A stretch of DNA of 64,000 nt from assembly GCA_963841915.1 (NCBI GenBank), contig CAWJEN010000006.1:544001-608000 (forward strand), read 5' to 3'. The notes under the pieces are model-generated. The model was not told the origin of the DNA. It did not search any database and saw nothing but the letters and a program-made list of their open reading frames with translations. Of the stretch, positions 37,316 through 46,826 are shown in pieces (positions within the stretch are counted from its first letter, which is position 1; each line of letters opens with the position of its first letter). The position numbers and the translations under genes are program-made. Origin of the DNA: an uncultured Planctomycetota bacterium. GTDB lineage: Bacteria > Planctomycetota > Phycisphaerae > Tepidisphaerales > Tepidisphaeraceae.

Positions 37316-38431
37316 TTATTGCAGGTCAACGAAGGGCACTGCTGCCGGGACCAGTTCGACCTCCAGAGGCAGCGTGCCACCTGGGTCGCCGTCTATCTGC
37401 ACATCGACTGGCTTGCTCTGGGGCGTGGTGACGGCGACGCGGGTGCCGCTGACGCTGACGACGCCGGGGCCGTTGACGTGCCAGCCTGCTGTCGTGGTGA
37501 CGAGCAGCTTCAGCAGGTCCCCGGCATGTCGGCAGGGCAGGCAGACGACGTCGAGCCTGCCATCGTCGCTGCGGGCGTGCGGGACGATTGGAATGCCTGT
37601 CCCGTACTCGCTGACGTTGGCAATCATAACGAGTGCCGGTGCTGGGCCGAACACGTGTCGGCCATCGACATGCACGTCGATCAGGGGGAACCGGCCACTC
37701 ATCATGGCAGCGGCCGTCGGGAGGGCGTAGCTCGTCAGGCCGATCGCGCCACTTCCCGACGCCCGCCGGCGATCGAGCTCTGCTACGACGTGAGCGTCGA
37801 AGCCGACGCCCGCCATCAGTAGGAACAGACCATTCTTCGTCCGCCCGACGTCAAGCCGTCTTGCGTTGCCGCGAAGAAGCGATGCGACCGCTGAGGCGGC
37901 GACCTGCCGTGCCTGGCCTTGCCGAGTCGGCAGCCCTTGACGACCAAACCGCACTGCACGAAACGCCACACGCCTAGCCGTGCTGCCGAGCAGTGACGCA
38001 GCTCTGACCGTCGTCCGCTCCATCGTGTCGCGACGGGCCCCGACGACCTCCCGAGCACCGTCGAGTGCAATGTGGGCCAGTGTGCGACGCAGCCCGAGGT
38101 GCTGGCCCATGAGGTTGGCGGTGCCCATCGGGACCGGCAACACGGGCGGGACATCAAGGCCGTACAGCTCGACGAGTCGGTCGACAGCCACCCGCAGCGT
38201 CCCGTCGCCACCGATCACGATGACGCAGTGTGGTCGCCAGGGCGGGGTGGCGTGGGTGGCGTGCTCGTGTGAGACGGTGACGTCGATGTCGAGCCGGCGA
38301 AGCCGCTTCGTTAGTTGGCGTTCCACGTGGAGCGCGGTGCCGCGTCCTGCACGTGGGTTGACGAGCAGCCAAACCCGCTCTGCATGAAAGCTGACATGGC
38401 GTGACGGCTGATCGGGATAAAGCCGGCTCAC
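37316..38431 (-). CDS. Diacylglycerol/lipid kinase family protein
   Basis: VNPRAGRG, GGDGT, PMGTANL, AGVGFDA, QIDGDP. Start uncertain. Confidence 0.88.
   Translation of the reverse strand: MSRLYPDQPSRHVSFHAERVWLLVNPRAGRGTALHVERQLTKRLRRLDIDVTVSHEHATHATPPWRPHCVIVIGGDGTLRVAVDRLVELYGLDVPPVLPVPMGTANLMGQHLGLRRTLAHIALDGAREVVGARRDTMERTTVRAASLLGSTARRVAFRAVRFGRQGLPTRQGQARQVAASAVASLLRGNARRLDVGRTKNGLFLLMAGVGFDAHVVAELDRRRASGSGAIGLTSYALPTAAAMMSGRFPLIDVHVDGRHVFGPAPALVMIANVSEYGTGIPIVPHARSDDGRLDVVCLPCRHAGDLLKLLVTTTAGWHVNGPGVVSVSGTRVAVTTPQSKPVDVQIDGDPGGTLPLEVELVPAAVPFVDLQ
38319..38334. promoter_or_regulatory. Degenerate parS-type site within a CDS
   Basis: CGTTCCACGTGGAGCG, one mismatch from the 13707 site. 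Confidence 0.45.
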
Positions 38432-38457
38432 GGGCAGGACGATACCGCGGTAGACGC

Positions 38458-39849
38458 ATGACGGTGCCTTCCGACACAAATCGACCCAACGCCACCGCGG
38501 CGCCCGTGTTGAAGGCGCGGCCGTTCCGGGTGTCGCTGCGGGACAAGCTGCTGGCCAGCGTCTGCACGATCGTCATCGCGGCGGTGCTGCTGACGGCCGC
38601 GGCGGTGGCGACGCACACGGCCAACACACTCGCCGACGCCTCAGCCGGTTCAATGGACCCCGACCGGTGGGAGCAAGCAATGGACGCCGTCGCCCGGGCC
38701 GTCGGTGCCGCCGCGTTGGCAAGCCTCGCGTTCATCTTGCCGGTCGTGTACCTGCTGATCGCAAGGGCGTTCGAGCCGATCACGCGACTCCACGCCGCAG
38801 CGGCGGCAGTGGCGGAAGGGCATTACGCGACCGTCGACATCTGTCGTCCCGGCGAAGCTGTCGGCAAGCTTGCCGACACCTTCAACGCGATGGTGACGCG
38901 ACTCCGCGAGCAGAAAAAGATCGCCGACGACGCCAACGCCCGACTGCTGGCGACAAACCTGAACCTCGAAAAGCTCGTCGCCGATCGCACCCGCGATGCT
39001 GAGGCGACGAGCGACCGATTGGCCCGCGAGATCGACGAACGCGGCGACTTCTTCCGCGCGGTGAGCCACGATCTGGCAGCACCGCTTCGCAACATCGACG
39101 GCATGGTCGCCAGCGTCTTGCGCAAGCACGATCTACCCGAAGAAGCTGTCCGCCGACTCGAGCGGGTGCGTCACAACGTGGCCGTCGAGAGCGAGCTCAT
39201 CGGTGAGGTGCTGGAGCTGAGCCGCATCAAGAGCCGTCAAGGTGAGCGCGAGCCGGTGAACCTCGGTGAGATCGTTTACGACCTGCGCGGCGTCTTCGAC
39301 AACGACCTGCAGCAGCGGGGTATCGAGGTGCTCGTCGAGACGCAGCTGCCGACGATCATGGGCGAGCGTGCCCGGCTTCGGCAGGTCTTCCAGAACCTCA
39401 TCGACAACGCGATCAAGTACATGGGCGACGGACCTATCCGCGAGATCCGCATCGGATGTCTTGTCCGTCGCGACGTAGCCGACTTCTACGTCAAAGACAC
39501 CGGAATCGGCATCTCGCAGGACGAGGCGGAGAAGGTCTTCTACGCCTTCCGCCGCGGGACGAATCACACGGGCGTGGCCGGTAAAGGCGTGGGGCTGGCG
39601 GGGGTCAAGGCCATCATCGAGACCTACGACGGCGCGATCCGCTGTGAGCCCAACCCGACCCCGGAAAAGGGCACCACCTTCCGTTTCACGATGCACGCCA
39701 GGCACCTTGCTGGTGGCGGAGCGGGCGTGTTCCGTAAGCCGCTCATGGCCGAAGACATCCCCGCCGGCACCATCTCGGCCGACGGTGACGCGCTCTACGG
39801 CGGCGACCTCGTCAACGAGTCGCTGACTCCGATTAGCCACGCCGCCTGA
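38458..39849 (+). CDS. Sensor histidine kinase (2 TM, HAMP, HisKA, HATPase)
   Basis: VSHDLAAPLRNI, QNLIDNAIKY, DTGIGI, GVGLA. Confidence 0.92.
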   Translation: MTVPSDTNRPNATAAPVLKARPFRVSLRDKLLASVCTIVIAAVLLTAAAVATHTANTLADASAGSMDPDRWEQAMDAVARAVGAAALASLAFILPVVYLLIARAFEPITRLHAAAAAVAEGHYATVDICRPGEAVGKLADTFNAMVTRLREQKKIADDANARLLATNLNLEKLVADRTRDAEATSDRLAREIDERGDFFRAVSHDLAAPLRNIDGMVASVLRKHDLPEEAVRRLERVRHNVAVESELIGEVLELSRIKSRQGEREPVNLGEIVYDLRGVFDNDLQQRGIEVLVETQLPTIMGERARLRQVFQNLIDNAIKYMGDGPIREIRIGCLVRRDVADFYVKDTGIGISQDEAEKVFYAFRRGTNHTGVAGKGVGLAGVKAIIETYDGAIRCEPNPTPEKGTTFRFTMHARHLAGGGAGVFRKPLMAEDIPAGTISADGDALYGGDLVNESLTPISHAA

Positions 39850-39868
39850 ACTTTCTACTGCAGTATCA

Positions 39869-40372
39869 ATGTCTGCCCCTGGACCTCATCTTGCTCTCAG
39901 GCCGACCGTGCTGGTCGTTGATGACGATCCGGATTTGCGCATGCTCATCCGCGACGCCATCGAAGAGGCCGAAGCCCATCGCGGTGGCGGGACGACGCTC
40001 GACGTCGTCGAACTCTGCAGCGGCGAAGAGGCGACCGACTACATGATCCGGGCCAGTAGCGGCGAAGTTGACGCGCCCAAGCTGCCGAGCCTGATCTACA
40101 TGGACGTCGAGATGCCCGGTATCGGCGGGCTCGAGGCGGTTCGGCAGGTCAAAAGCGACCCACGCTGGCGTGACATTCCCATCGTCGTGCTCAGCGGCCT
40201 CAGCGACGCCGGTGCCATCGGCCGGGCCAGCCAATACGGCGCCAACAGCTACAACGTCAAACCCACCGACGCAGAGCAATTGGCCAAAACGGTCCTCTCG
40301 AGCACGGACTACTGGCTCAACGTTCACCAGACCCCGACGCACCATCGGCCCCAAGAGGAGTGCCGCCGATGA
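39869..40372 (+). CDS. Single-domain response regulator
   Basis: LVVDDD, YMDVEMP, GANSYNVKP. Confidence 0.9.
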   Translation: MSAPGPHLALRPTVLVVDDDPDLRMLIRDAIEEAEAHRGGGTTLDVVELCSGEEATDYMIRASSGEVDAPKLPSLIYMDVEMPGIGGLEAVRQVKSDPRWRDIPIVVLSGLSDAGAIGRASQYGANSYNVKPTDAEQLAKTVLSSTDYWLNVHQTPTHHRPQEECRR

Positions 40373-41496
40373 CAACGCCCACTTCGCCTGACCCGTCCGC
40401 ATTTCAATCGTATTCATTTGGTCACGACACACCCATGCCGCACGCTACCGCTTCAACGGGGGACGTTATGAGCCAGCAGTCTGAAAAGCAGCCCACAACT
40501 GTCAGCCTCCGCCTGCTTTTGGTGGAGGATGATCCGGATCAGCGCGAGCTCATCAGCGAGATGCTCGAAGACCACTTCGGGGTCGGCTGCGTCGACTACG
40601 CCGCAACCTGCAGGCAGGCCGATGAAGTCGAGCTGCCCGGGCCGTACGCGCTCGTGCTGTGCGACGTGAACCTGCCCGACGGCAGCGGGCTCGACGTGCT
40701 CAAGCGGATCCGCATGCGGGCTCCGTGTCTGCCGGTGATGATGCTGACGGGTGAGAATGACTCGACGATTGCCCGTGAGGCAATTAAGCGTGGTGCGTGT
40801 GACTATGCGGTTAAGGCCGGCGCGTACCTGGACACGATGCCGCTGACGGTCGAGAAGAACCTTGCCGCCGATGCCGAGGCGAGCGTGGCCCGGCAGCAAC
40901 ACGAGGCCGAGGCCGTCCGGTTGCAGGACGAGAACAAGCACCTCACGCAAACGCTCTCCGCCACCGAGATCGCCCGCAAGGAGGCCGAACGTGAAGCGAG
41001 CCTCGATGCGATGACCGGCTGCTACAACCGTCGTGCGTTCGAGCGGATCGGCGATCAGCTTTTCTCCGAGGCGTACCGCACCGGTGGCGAACTGTCGCTG
41101 GTCATGATCGACCTCGACAAGTTCAAGCAGGTCAACGACACGTTGGGCCATGCCGTGGGTGACGACCTCATCCGCTGTGCAGCCAAGAGCATTCAGGCGA
41201 ACCTGCGGGCGATGGACGTTGCCTGCCGGTACGGCGGTGACGAGTTCATTCTGCTGCTACCTAAGACCAGCACTACGCAAGCCACCGCCGTTGCCTCCCG
41301 CATCGCTGACGACTTCGGCACCGCCTCCATGCAGTTGCTCGGCACCGGTGAACGAAAGACGATGAGCCTCGGCGTTGCAGAGCTTCACGCCACCGATCCC
41401 GAACCGGCCAACGTGGAAGCGCTCATGGTCGCCTGCGACCGCGCCCTTTACCGCGCCAAAGAAGGCGGCCGAGCCCAGGTTTGCGCGGCCGCGTGA
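40369..41496 (+). CDS. REC-GGDEF diguanylate cyclase
   Basis: REC (LCDVNLPD); DLDKFKQVND, I-site RAMD, RYGGDEF. ATGA overlap with the upstream gene. Confidence 0.92.
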   Translation: MTTPTSPDPSAFQSYSFGHDTPMPHATASTGDVMSQQSEKQPTTVSLRLLLVEDDPDQRELISEMLEDHFGVGCVDYAATCRQADEVELPGPYALVLCDVNLPDGSGLDVLKRIRMRAPCLPVMMLTGENDSTIAREAIKRGACDYAVKAGAYLDTMPLTVEKNLAADAEASVARQQHEAEAVRLQDENKHLTQTLSATEIARKEAEREASLDAMTGCYNRRAFERIGDQLFSEAYRTGGELSLVMIDLDKFKQVNDTLGHAVGDDLIRCAAKSIQANLRAMDVACRYGGDEFILLLPKTSTTQATAVASRIADDFGTASMQLLGTGERKTMSLGVAELHATDPEPANVEALMVACDRALYRAKEGGRAQVCAAA

Positions 41497-41555
41497 GCTT
41501 CATCTGTTGCGCCGCGGCGGCCAAGTGGGGGGCGGCGGTGGGGCCGATCGACCAT

Positions 41556-41571
41556 TGTTCCACGTGGAACA
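41556..41571. promoter_or_regulatory. parS-type palindrome
   Basis: TGTTCCACGTGGAACA. Confidence 0.85.
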
Positions 41572-41630
41572 TTCGCCGACCCTCGCCACGCGTCGTGGCG
41601 AGGGTCGGCGACGTTGGCGAGACCTCAGAA

Positions 41631-41646
41631 TGTTCCACGTGGAACA
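41631..41646. promoter_or_regulatory. parS-type palindrome
   Basis: TGTTCCACGTGGAACA, 75 bp after the previous site. Confidence 0.85.
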
Positions 41647-41804
41647 TTTTGCAGCTCCCAATCACGTCGGCGGTCCGTCGGCCTTCATGACAACTCAAAT
41701 GGCAGCACGAGATGAAACGCGTCTCTATTTAAACACGTGTCGTCGCTCGTGCTGACGTTTCCGTCGCCGTACGCGCTGCGCCGCGGCGGCCGCCTTTGGC
41801 GTCG

Positions 41805-42500
41805 TCACAATCCGAACTCGAAGCCCAGCGACAGGATCACCATGATGACGCCGAAGGTCGCGATCCACTGCAGTGCGATGAAGATGATCGCAAAGATCTG
41901 AGCGTCGTTGCCGTCCATGTCGAGCATGACGTTCAGGCTGACCATGAGCACCAGGACGTAGATCGCAAAGCTGAAGATGCCGCCGATCCCGACAATCCAT
42001 TCCACCGTCCACTCGGCCGTCAACGCCATCGTGCTGGCGGCGCAGAGCTGCAGGATCGACATCCAGATCGTCCCACCGACCCCGACACCGATCGACGCGG
42101 CAATGAATGCGGCAATAACAGCCACGACGGTATAGACGACGGTCAGAACGAGAAAAACGACCGCGAACAAAGCCATTCCCGCCGGGCCGTCCGTCGTCAA
42201 GCCCATCAGCAGGAACAACACCGCACTGACGCCGATACCGATGACCGGGACAAGCCACTCCTTTCGTGCAACGTCGGCGGCGACGTCCTGCTCCCACTGC
42301 TGCTTGTCCCGTGCCGCCGCCAAACGGTCACGTTTCGATGCGGGACTCTTGGCGTTCCTGTAGTTGAGCGTCGGTGCACCCACGGCAGACGCACCAGCAT
42401 CGGCCGACGCAACGACCCTGCGACGCGGTTTCGGTTTCGGTTTCGGCGCAGGCGCGTCGTCTTCTGCAAAGTCGTACAGGTCAGCAGAGTCGTCAGCCAT
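41805..42500 (-). CDS. Hypothetical multi-TM membrane protein
   Basis: Disordered N-terminus (DLYDFAED) followed by about 5 hydrophobic helices. Confidence 0.65.
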   Translation of the reverse strand: MADDSADLYDFAEDDAPAPKPKPKPRRRVVASADAGASAVGAPTLNYRNAKSPASKRDRLAAARDKQQWEQDVAADVARKEWLVPVIGIGVSAVLFLLMGLTTDGPAGMALFAVVFLVLTVVYTVVAVIAAFIAASIGVGVGGTIWMSILQLCAASTMALTAEWTVEWIVGIGGIFSFAIYVLVLMVSLNVMLDMDGNDAQIFAIIFIALQWIATFGVIMVILSLGFEFGL

Positions 42501-42750
42501 AATCGGCCGCGAGTGTGACGCGTCGCCTCCTGCAATTCAAGAATGATCTATCGAAGCACGATCCGCCCAGCCGTTTCGGCGGCTTAATTGGCACGGACAA
42601 GCTTCTTTATCAAATCAGCTTTGACCGATCGTTACGCCCAGCCCGGCGGTTGACGCCAGGTGTGCGGCCGTGCCGCCTGACAGTGCAGACTGCGCCCCAC
42701 CAGGTTCAACACCCAAGGCCCCAGGGCGAACAACAGTCGTGGCATCAGGC

Positions 42751-43791
42751 TCATTGAGCGGCTCCTTCAAGCAGGCGTTGCCGACGCTTGTTCATCGGCG
42801 GAATCGGGTGAAATACAAACTCCACGCCCGCCGCCAGCGACGGGTCGGGCAGGTTGCGGGTGGCCAGCTCGTCGAGCATGGCGACGGCGTCGTCACGGCC
42901 GAGCTTGTCGGCGGCAAAGGCGTCGGCGGCGTAGATCTGCCACTTGCCCAGCGACGGCCAAAGCCCCAGCAAGCCCAGCCAGCACCACGTGCTCATCGTC
43001 GCCGCCAGCACGACGACCACGCCGGCCGCGCCAAGGTCGTCGGCCGCAAGCCAGCCTGCCAGCACGATGCCACCCACGATCCAGCCGGCCGTGCACAGCA
43101 TCGTCACGAGGCGATGCCTCAGCCGCAGGTGCCCGACCTCGCGGGCGATCAGGCCGGCTGCGACGCGTGGTTCGACCTGCGCCAGCGACGTCGCCAGGAA
43201 CAACCGCCGAAACGGCCCGACGCCGTTCCACCCACCGGCCAGCGACCGCTCGCCGTGGTCGTACCAGCTCACCGCCGGCACCGGCAGGTTCATCGCTCCA
43301 AGCTCCGCCTCGACCCGTTGCCACCAGTCGGCATCGGGCGCGGGTGCCCGCTTCGTCGGTGACAGCGGGTAGACGACGTGGAAGAACGACAGCCCCAGCA
43401 GCAACACCACCGCCGGGAGCCACCACCACGCGCCGGCGAGTGCGACGGCGATGCCGACGAGCAGGCCTGCCGAGGCGATCCCGCCGAGCCACTGCATGAC
43501 GTGCGTGAGGTAGCGACCGATCAGGCCGCCGGACTGTCGCTGGCCGTAGGCGAGTTCGGTTCTGGCGGCGTAGTAGTCAGGCCCGGCCTGCAGCAACGCT
43601 GCCCCAATGCCGAGCAGCAGCGCGGTGAAGAAGCCGGCGAGCACCGTCGGGAGCTTTTCGAAGAGTCCGTCTGCCGCCCGCGGCAGCCCGAGGCCGACGG
43701 CCACCCACAGAAGCACCAGGATCAAGCCGATGCCCGTGATGCCGCACCAGAGCCTGATCCGCTGATAAGTCGTCGCATCCGGCCGCGTCAT
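42751..43791 (-). CDS. Peptidase M48 (Ste24/HtpX)-like membrane protein with degenerate active site
   Basis: GVGPFRRLFL, IAREVGH (HExxH position), IYAAD, ELATRNL, RRQRL. Confidence 0.65.
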   Translation of the reverse strand: MTRPDATTYQRIRLWCGITGIGLILVLLWVAVGLGLPRAADGLFEKLPTVLAGFFTALLLGIGAALLQAGPDYYAARTELAYGQRQSGGLIGRYLTHVMQWLGGIASAGLLVGIAVALAGAWWWLPAVVLLLGLSFFHVVYPLSPTKRAPAPDADWWQRVEAELGAMNLPVPAVSWYDHGERSLAGGWNGVGPFRRLFLATSLAQVEPRVAAGLIAREVGHLRLRHRLVTMLCTAGWIVGGIVLAGWLAADDLGAAGVVVVLAATMSTWCWLGLLGLWPSLGKWQIYAADAFAADKLGRDDAVAMLDELATRNLPDPSLAAGVEFVFHPIPPMNKRRQRLLEGAAQ

Positions 43792-43843
43792 CGGGCGAGG
43801 GTAGTGAAGGCCTGCCCATCACGTTTCAGGAAGAGCGGAGAGC

Positions 43844-44045
43844 CGGAGGAACGCAAAGGAGCGAAGAGGCGAAGAGCCGCGAAGGTCAGAGAAAGAAGAA
43901 AGGGCGGCGTGGAATATGATGACCGGCCACGCCTTATCCAGGTCCTGCGACGGGGGTTTGACCCGCGGATCACGCACTTCCGCCACAAACGGTCATCTCT
44001 TTGCCTTCGCGCACCTTCGTCTCTTCGCTTCTTCGCGTTCCTCCG
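43844..44045. repeat. Palindromic element, copy 3, with a longer internal spacer
   Basis: cggaggaacgcaaaggagcgaagaggcgaag..cgcgaagg pairs with ccttcgcg..cttcgtctcttcgcttcttcgcgttcctccg. Confidence 0.85.
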
Positions 44046-44084
44046 CCTCTGTACCCGCCTAAAATCTGGATCGTGGCTGCCGTC

Positions 44085-45197
44085 ATGAACAACTCGATCG
44101 CCCACCTCGTGCAGGCGATGCAGGCCATCGCCCCCGAGCGGTTGGCCGAGCCTTGGGACAACGTTGGGTTGCTGATCGGCGACGAGCATCAGCCTTTGAC
44201 GGGCGTGATGTTGTGCATCGATCTGACGGTGCCGGTGATTGATGAAGCCGTCGCCGCCGGGGCGTCGGCGGTGGTGGCGTACCACCCGCCGATTTTCAAG
44301 GACGTCAAGCGACTCACGCCCGGCCGGCCCGAGTCGGTCGCGTACGAAGCTATGGTCGCGGGACTGGCTGTTTATTCGCCGCACACCGCGCTCGACGTCG
44401 TACCCGGCGGCACGAACGACGTGCTGGCCGACCTGATTTACCTGACCGACCGCCGCCCGCTCAAGCCGAAGTCGGCGTCGCTGGCCGACGTCTACAAGCT
44501 CGTGACGTACGTTCCCGGCGATAGCGTCGAGACCGTCGCCGACGCACTATTTGAAGCCGGCGCGGGACATACCGGTGGCTACGACCGGTGCAGCTTCCGT
44601 TCGACCGGCACCGGAACCTTTCGAGGCGGTGAAGGCACCAATCCGGCCGTCGGTGAGCCGGGACGCGAAGAGCGCGTCGGCGAGACGAAGCTCGAAGTCG
44701 TTGTGCCCAAGTCTGTCGCAGGCAATGTCGTGGCAGCCTTGCGGTCGGCACATCCCTACGAAGAAGTGGCTTTTGATCTGCTGCGCGTGGCCGACGATCC
44801 GGAGGACGAGATCGGTTTAGGTCGCATCGGCGAGTTCGAAGAGCCGGTGCCGCGAGACGTACTGTTCGGCCGAATCCGCCGGGAGCTGGGCGTGAGTGAT
44901 CTGCTCGTCGCCGGTCCGTTGGAGGGTGAGGTGAAGCGCGTTGCTTTGTGTGCCGGCTCGTGCGGTGAATTGCTCGACGATGCGGCCAGGCTGGGGGCGG
45001 AGTTTTACCTGACGGGTGAGCTTCGGCATCACGACGCGGTGCGGGCGGCTCGCATGGGCGTAACGGCCTGCTGCGTGCTGCACTCCAACAGCGAGCGGCC
45101 GACGCTGGAGGTGCTGCGTTACAAGCTGAGTGAGGCGTTGCCTGGCGTGTCGATCGAACGGGCGGTGTCGGATGTCGATCCGTTCAGCCTGCGTTAA
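44085..45197 (+). CDS. Nif3/YqfO-type dinuclear metal-centre protein
   Basis: WDNVGLL, AYHPPIF, HTALD, HPYEEVAFD, TGELRHH, HSNSE. Confidence 0.92.
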   Translation: MNNSIAHLVQAMQAIAPERLAEPWDNVGLLIGDEHQPLTGVMLCIDLTVPVIDEAVAAGASAVVAYHPPIFKDVKRLTPGRPESVAYEAMVAGLAVYSPHTALDVVPGGTNDVLADLIYLTDRRPLKPKSASLADVYKLVTYVPGDSVETVADALFEAGAGHTGGYDRCSFRSTGTGTFRGGEGTNPAVGEPGREERVGETKLEVVVPKSVAGNVVAALRSAHPYEEVAFDLLRVADDPEDEIGLGRIGEFEEPVPRDVLFGRIRRELGVSDLLVAGPLEGEVKRVALCAGSCGELLDDAARLGAEFYLTGELRHHDAVRAARMGVTACCVLHSNSERPTLEVLRYKLSEALPGVSIERAVSDVDPFSLR

Positions 45198-45282
45198 GTT
45201 CGATTTTGGTCGCGATCGGACTGTCAAACAGGCTGGAACCTGTTAGGGTTCGTACAACCACCGCCCAAACGGCGGAGTTCGT

Positions 45283-46824
45283 ATGACGACAAACATCCTT
45301 TCCCGAGAGAACGACATCAAGACACCCGACACCGCCGGCCGCAAGCCGGCCATGCGTATGGTGCGCGACGCTTCCATGTCTCAAGCTTCTATATCTACCA
45401 ACACGCCTCTGCGTCGCAAGAGCGACCCGATCCCGCAGATCATCGAGACGCCGCCTTTCGCTGATGCGCCGGCCGACGGTTATCGCGGGTACATCTGCAT
45501 GCTCAGCACGCACGGCTACGTGGCCTCGCAGCCGCAGCTGGGCCAGCCCGATACGGGCGGTCAGGTGGTGTACGTGCTGGAATGTGCCAAGGCCTTGCGC
45601 ATGCTCGGTTACCAGGTCGACGTCGTCACGCGTGGCTTTGCCGACCAGCCGGAAGTCGATGACATGGGCCACGGCTTGCGCGTGCTGCGGATCCGCTTCG
45701 GCGGCGACGATTTTGTCATCAAGGAAAACTTCCACGACATCGTCGATGAAGGGGCGACCAACTTCCTGAAGAAGATCAAGGCCGACGGCATCGAGTATGA
45801 CCTCGTCAGCAGCCACTACTGGGACGCGGGCGTGATCGGCCAGAAGGTTGCCGAGGCGATGGACATTCCGCACGTCCACACGCCGCACAGCATCGGCGCC
45901 TGGAAGCAGGAGCAGATGAACGGCGACAACACGCCGCCCGAGAAGATCAAGGAATACCGCTTCGAGGAGCGGATCGCCGCCGAGCAGCGGATGTTCGAGC
46001 AGTGCGCGCACCTGATTGCGACGACGCACCAGCAGGAGGACCGCTTCATGGAGTACTACGGGGTGGCCGACGAGAAGATTACGGTCATTCCTGCCGGTCT
46101 CGACGAGACGCGGTTCAAGCCGCTGGCCGACGAGAAGATCCCGGCGATCCGCGAGAAGTTCGGCTTCAAGGAGAAAGACATCATCGCGCTGGGTCGCATG
46201 GCCCGGAACAAGGGCTACGACCTGCTGATCGGAGCAATGCCGCGGCTGTTGGAGCTTGTGCCGGACGCGCGGCTCGTGCTGGCCGTCGGGCACAACGACT
46301 CAAAGCAGGATCAAAAGCAAATCGACGAGCTGCGTCGTTTGGCGGCGACGCTGGGCGTGACGCAATCCATCGTGTTCTACGGCTACGTGGCCGATGAAGA
46401 CCTGCCCGATGTCTATCGCGCCGCGGCCGTCTACGCACTGCCGAGCCGGTATGAACCGTTCGGCATGACGGCCGTCGAGGCGATGGCCTGCGGCACCGCC
46501 AGCGTCATCACGACCCGAGGCGGCCTCAAAGAAAGCGTTGAGTTCGGCCAGCACGCCTTGTGGGCCGACCCCGAACGCGAGGGCGAGCTGGCCTACTGCC
46601 TGGCGCTGCCGCTTTTGTATCAGCCGATCCGCGACACGCTCGAAGAAGAGGGCAGCAAGTGGGCCCGCAAGAACTTCGCCTGGCGGGGCATTGCCCGGCA
46701 GCAGCTTGATGTCTTCAGCCGCGACGACGTGCTCAACCGCAAGCTGCCGACCGGTGCGCCGAGGAAGGGTGCCAGCACCCGACTTCCTGCCAGCCGCAGC
46801 GGGGCTGGCGAGTTGCTGCGGTAG
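45283..46824 (+). CDS. mfpsA: GT4 sucrose-phosphate-synthase-like enzyme, probably mannosylfructose-phosphate synthase
   Basis: STHGYVA..LGQPDTGGQVVYVLE, SHYWDAG, HTPHS, SRYEPFGMTAVEAMACG. Start uncertain. Confidence 0.7.
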   Translation: MTTNILSRENDIKTPDTAGRKPAMRMVRDASMSQASISTNTPLRRKSDPIPQIIETPPFADAPADGYRGYICMLSTHGYVASQPQLGQPDTGGQVVYVLECAKALRMLGYQVDVVTRGFADQPEVDDMGHGLRVLRIRFGGDDFVIKENFHDIVDEGATNFLKKIKADGIEYDLVSSHYWDAGVIGQKVAEAMDIPHVHTPHSIGAWKQEQMNGDNTPPEKIKEYRFEERIAAEQRMFEQCAHLIATTHQQEDRFMEYYGVADEKITVIPAGLDETRFKPLADEKIPAIREKFGFKEKDIIALGRMARNKGYDLLIGAMPRLLELVPDARLVLAVGHNDSKQDQKQIDELRRLAATLGVTQSIVFYGYVADEDLPDVYRAAAVYALPSRYEPFGMTAVEAMACGTASVITTRGGLKESVEFGQHALWADPEREGELAYCLALPLLYQPIRDTLEEEGSKWARKNFAWRGIARQQLDVFSRDDVLNRKLPTGAPRKGASTRLPASRSGAGELLR

Positions 46825-46826
46825 CG

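Noticed and set aside
41703..41754. Imperfect hairpin cagcacgag...ctcgtgctg with an AT-rich loop
   Set aside because: Most simply a terminator between convergent genes; no further support for an ncRNA.
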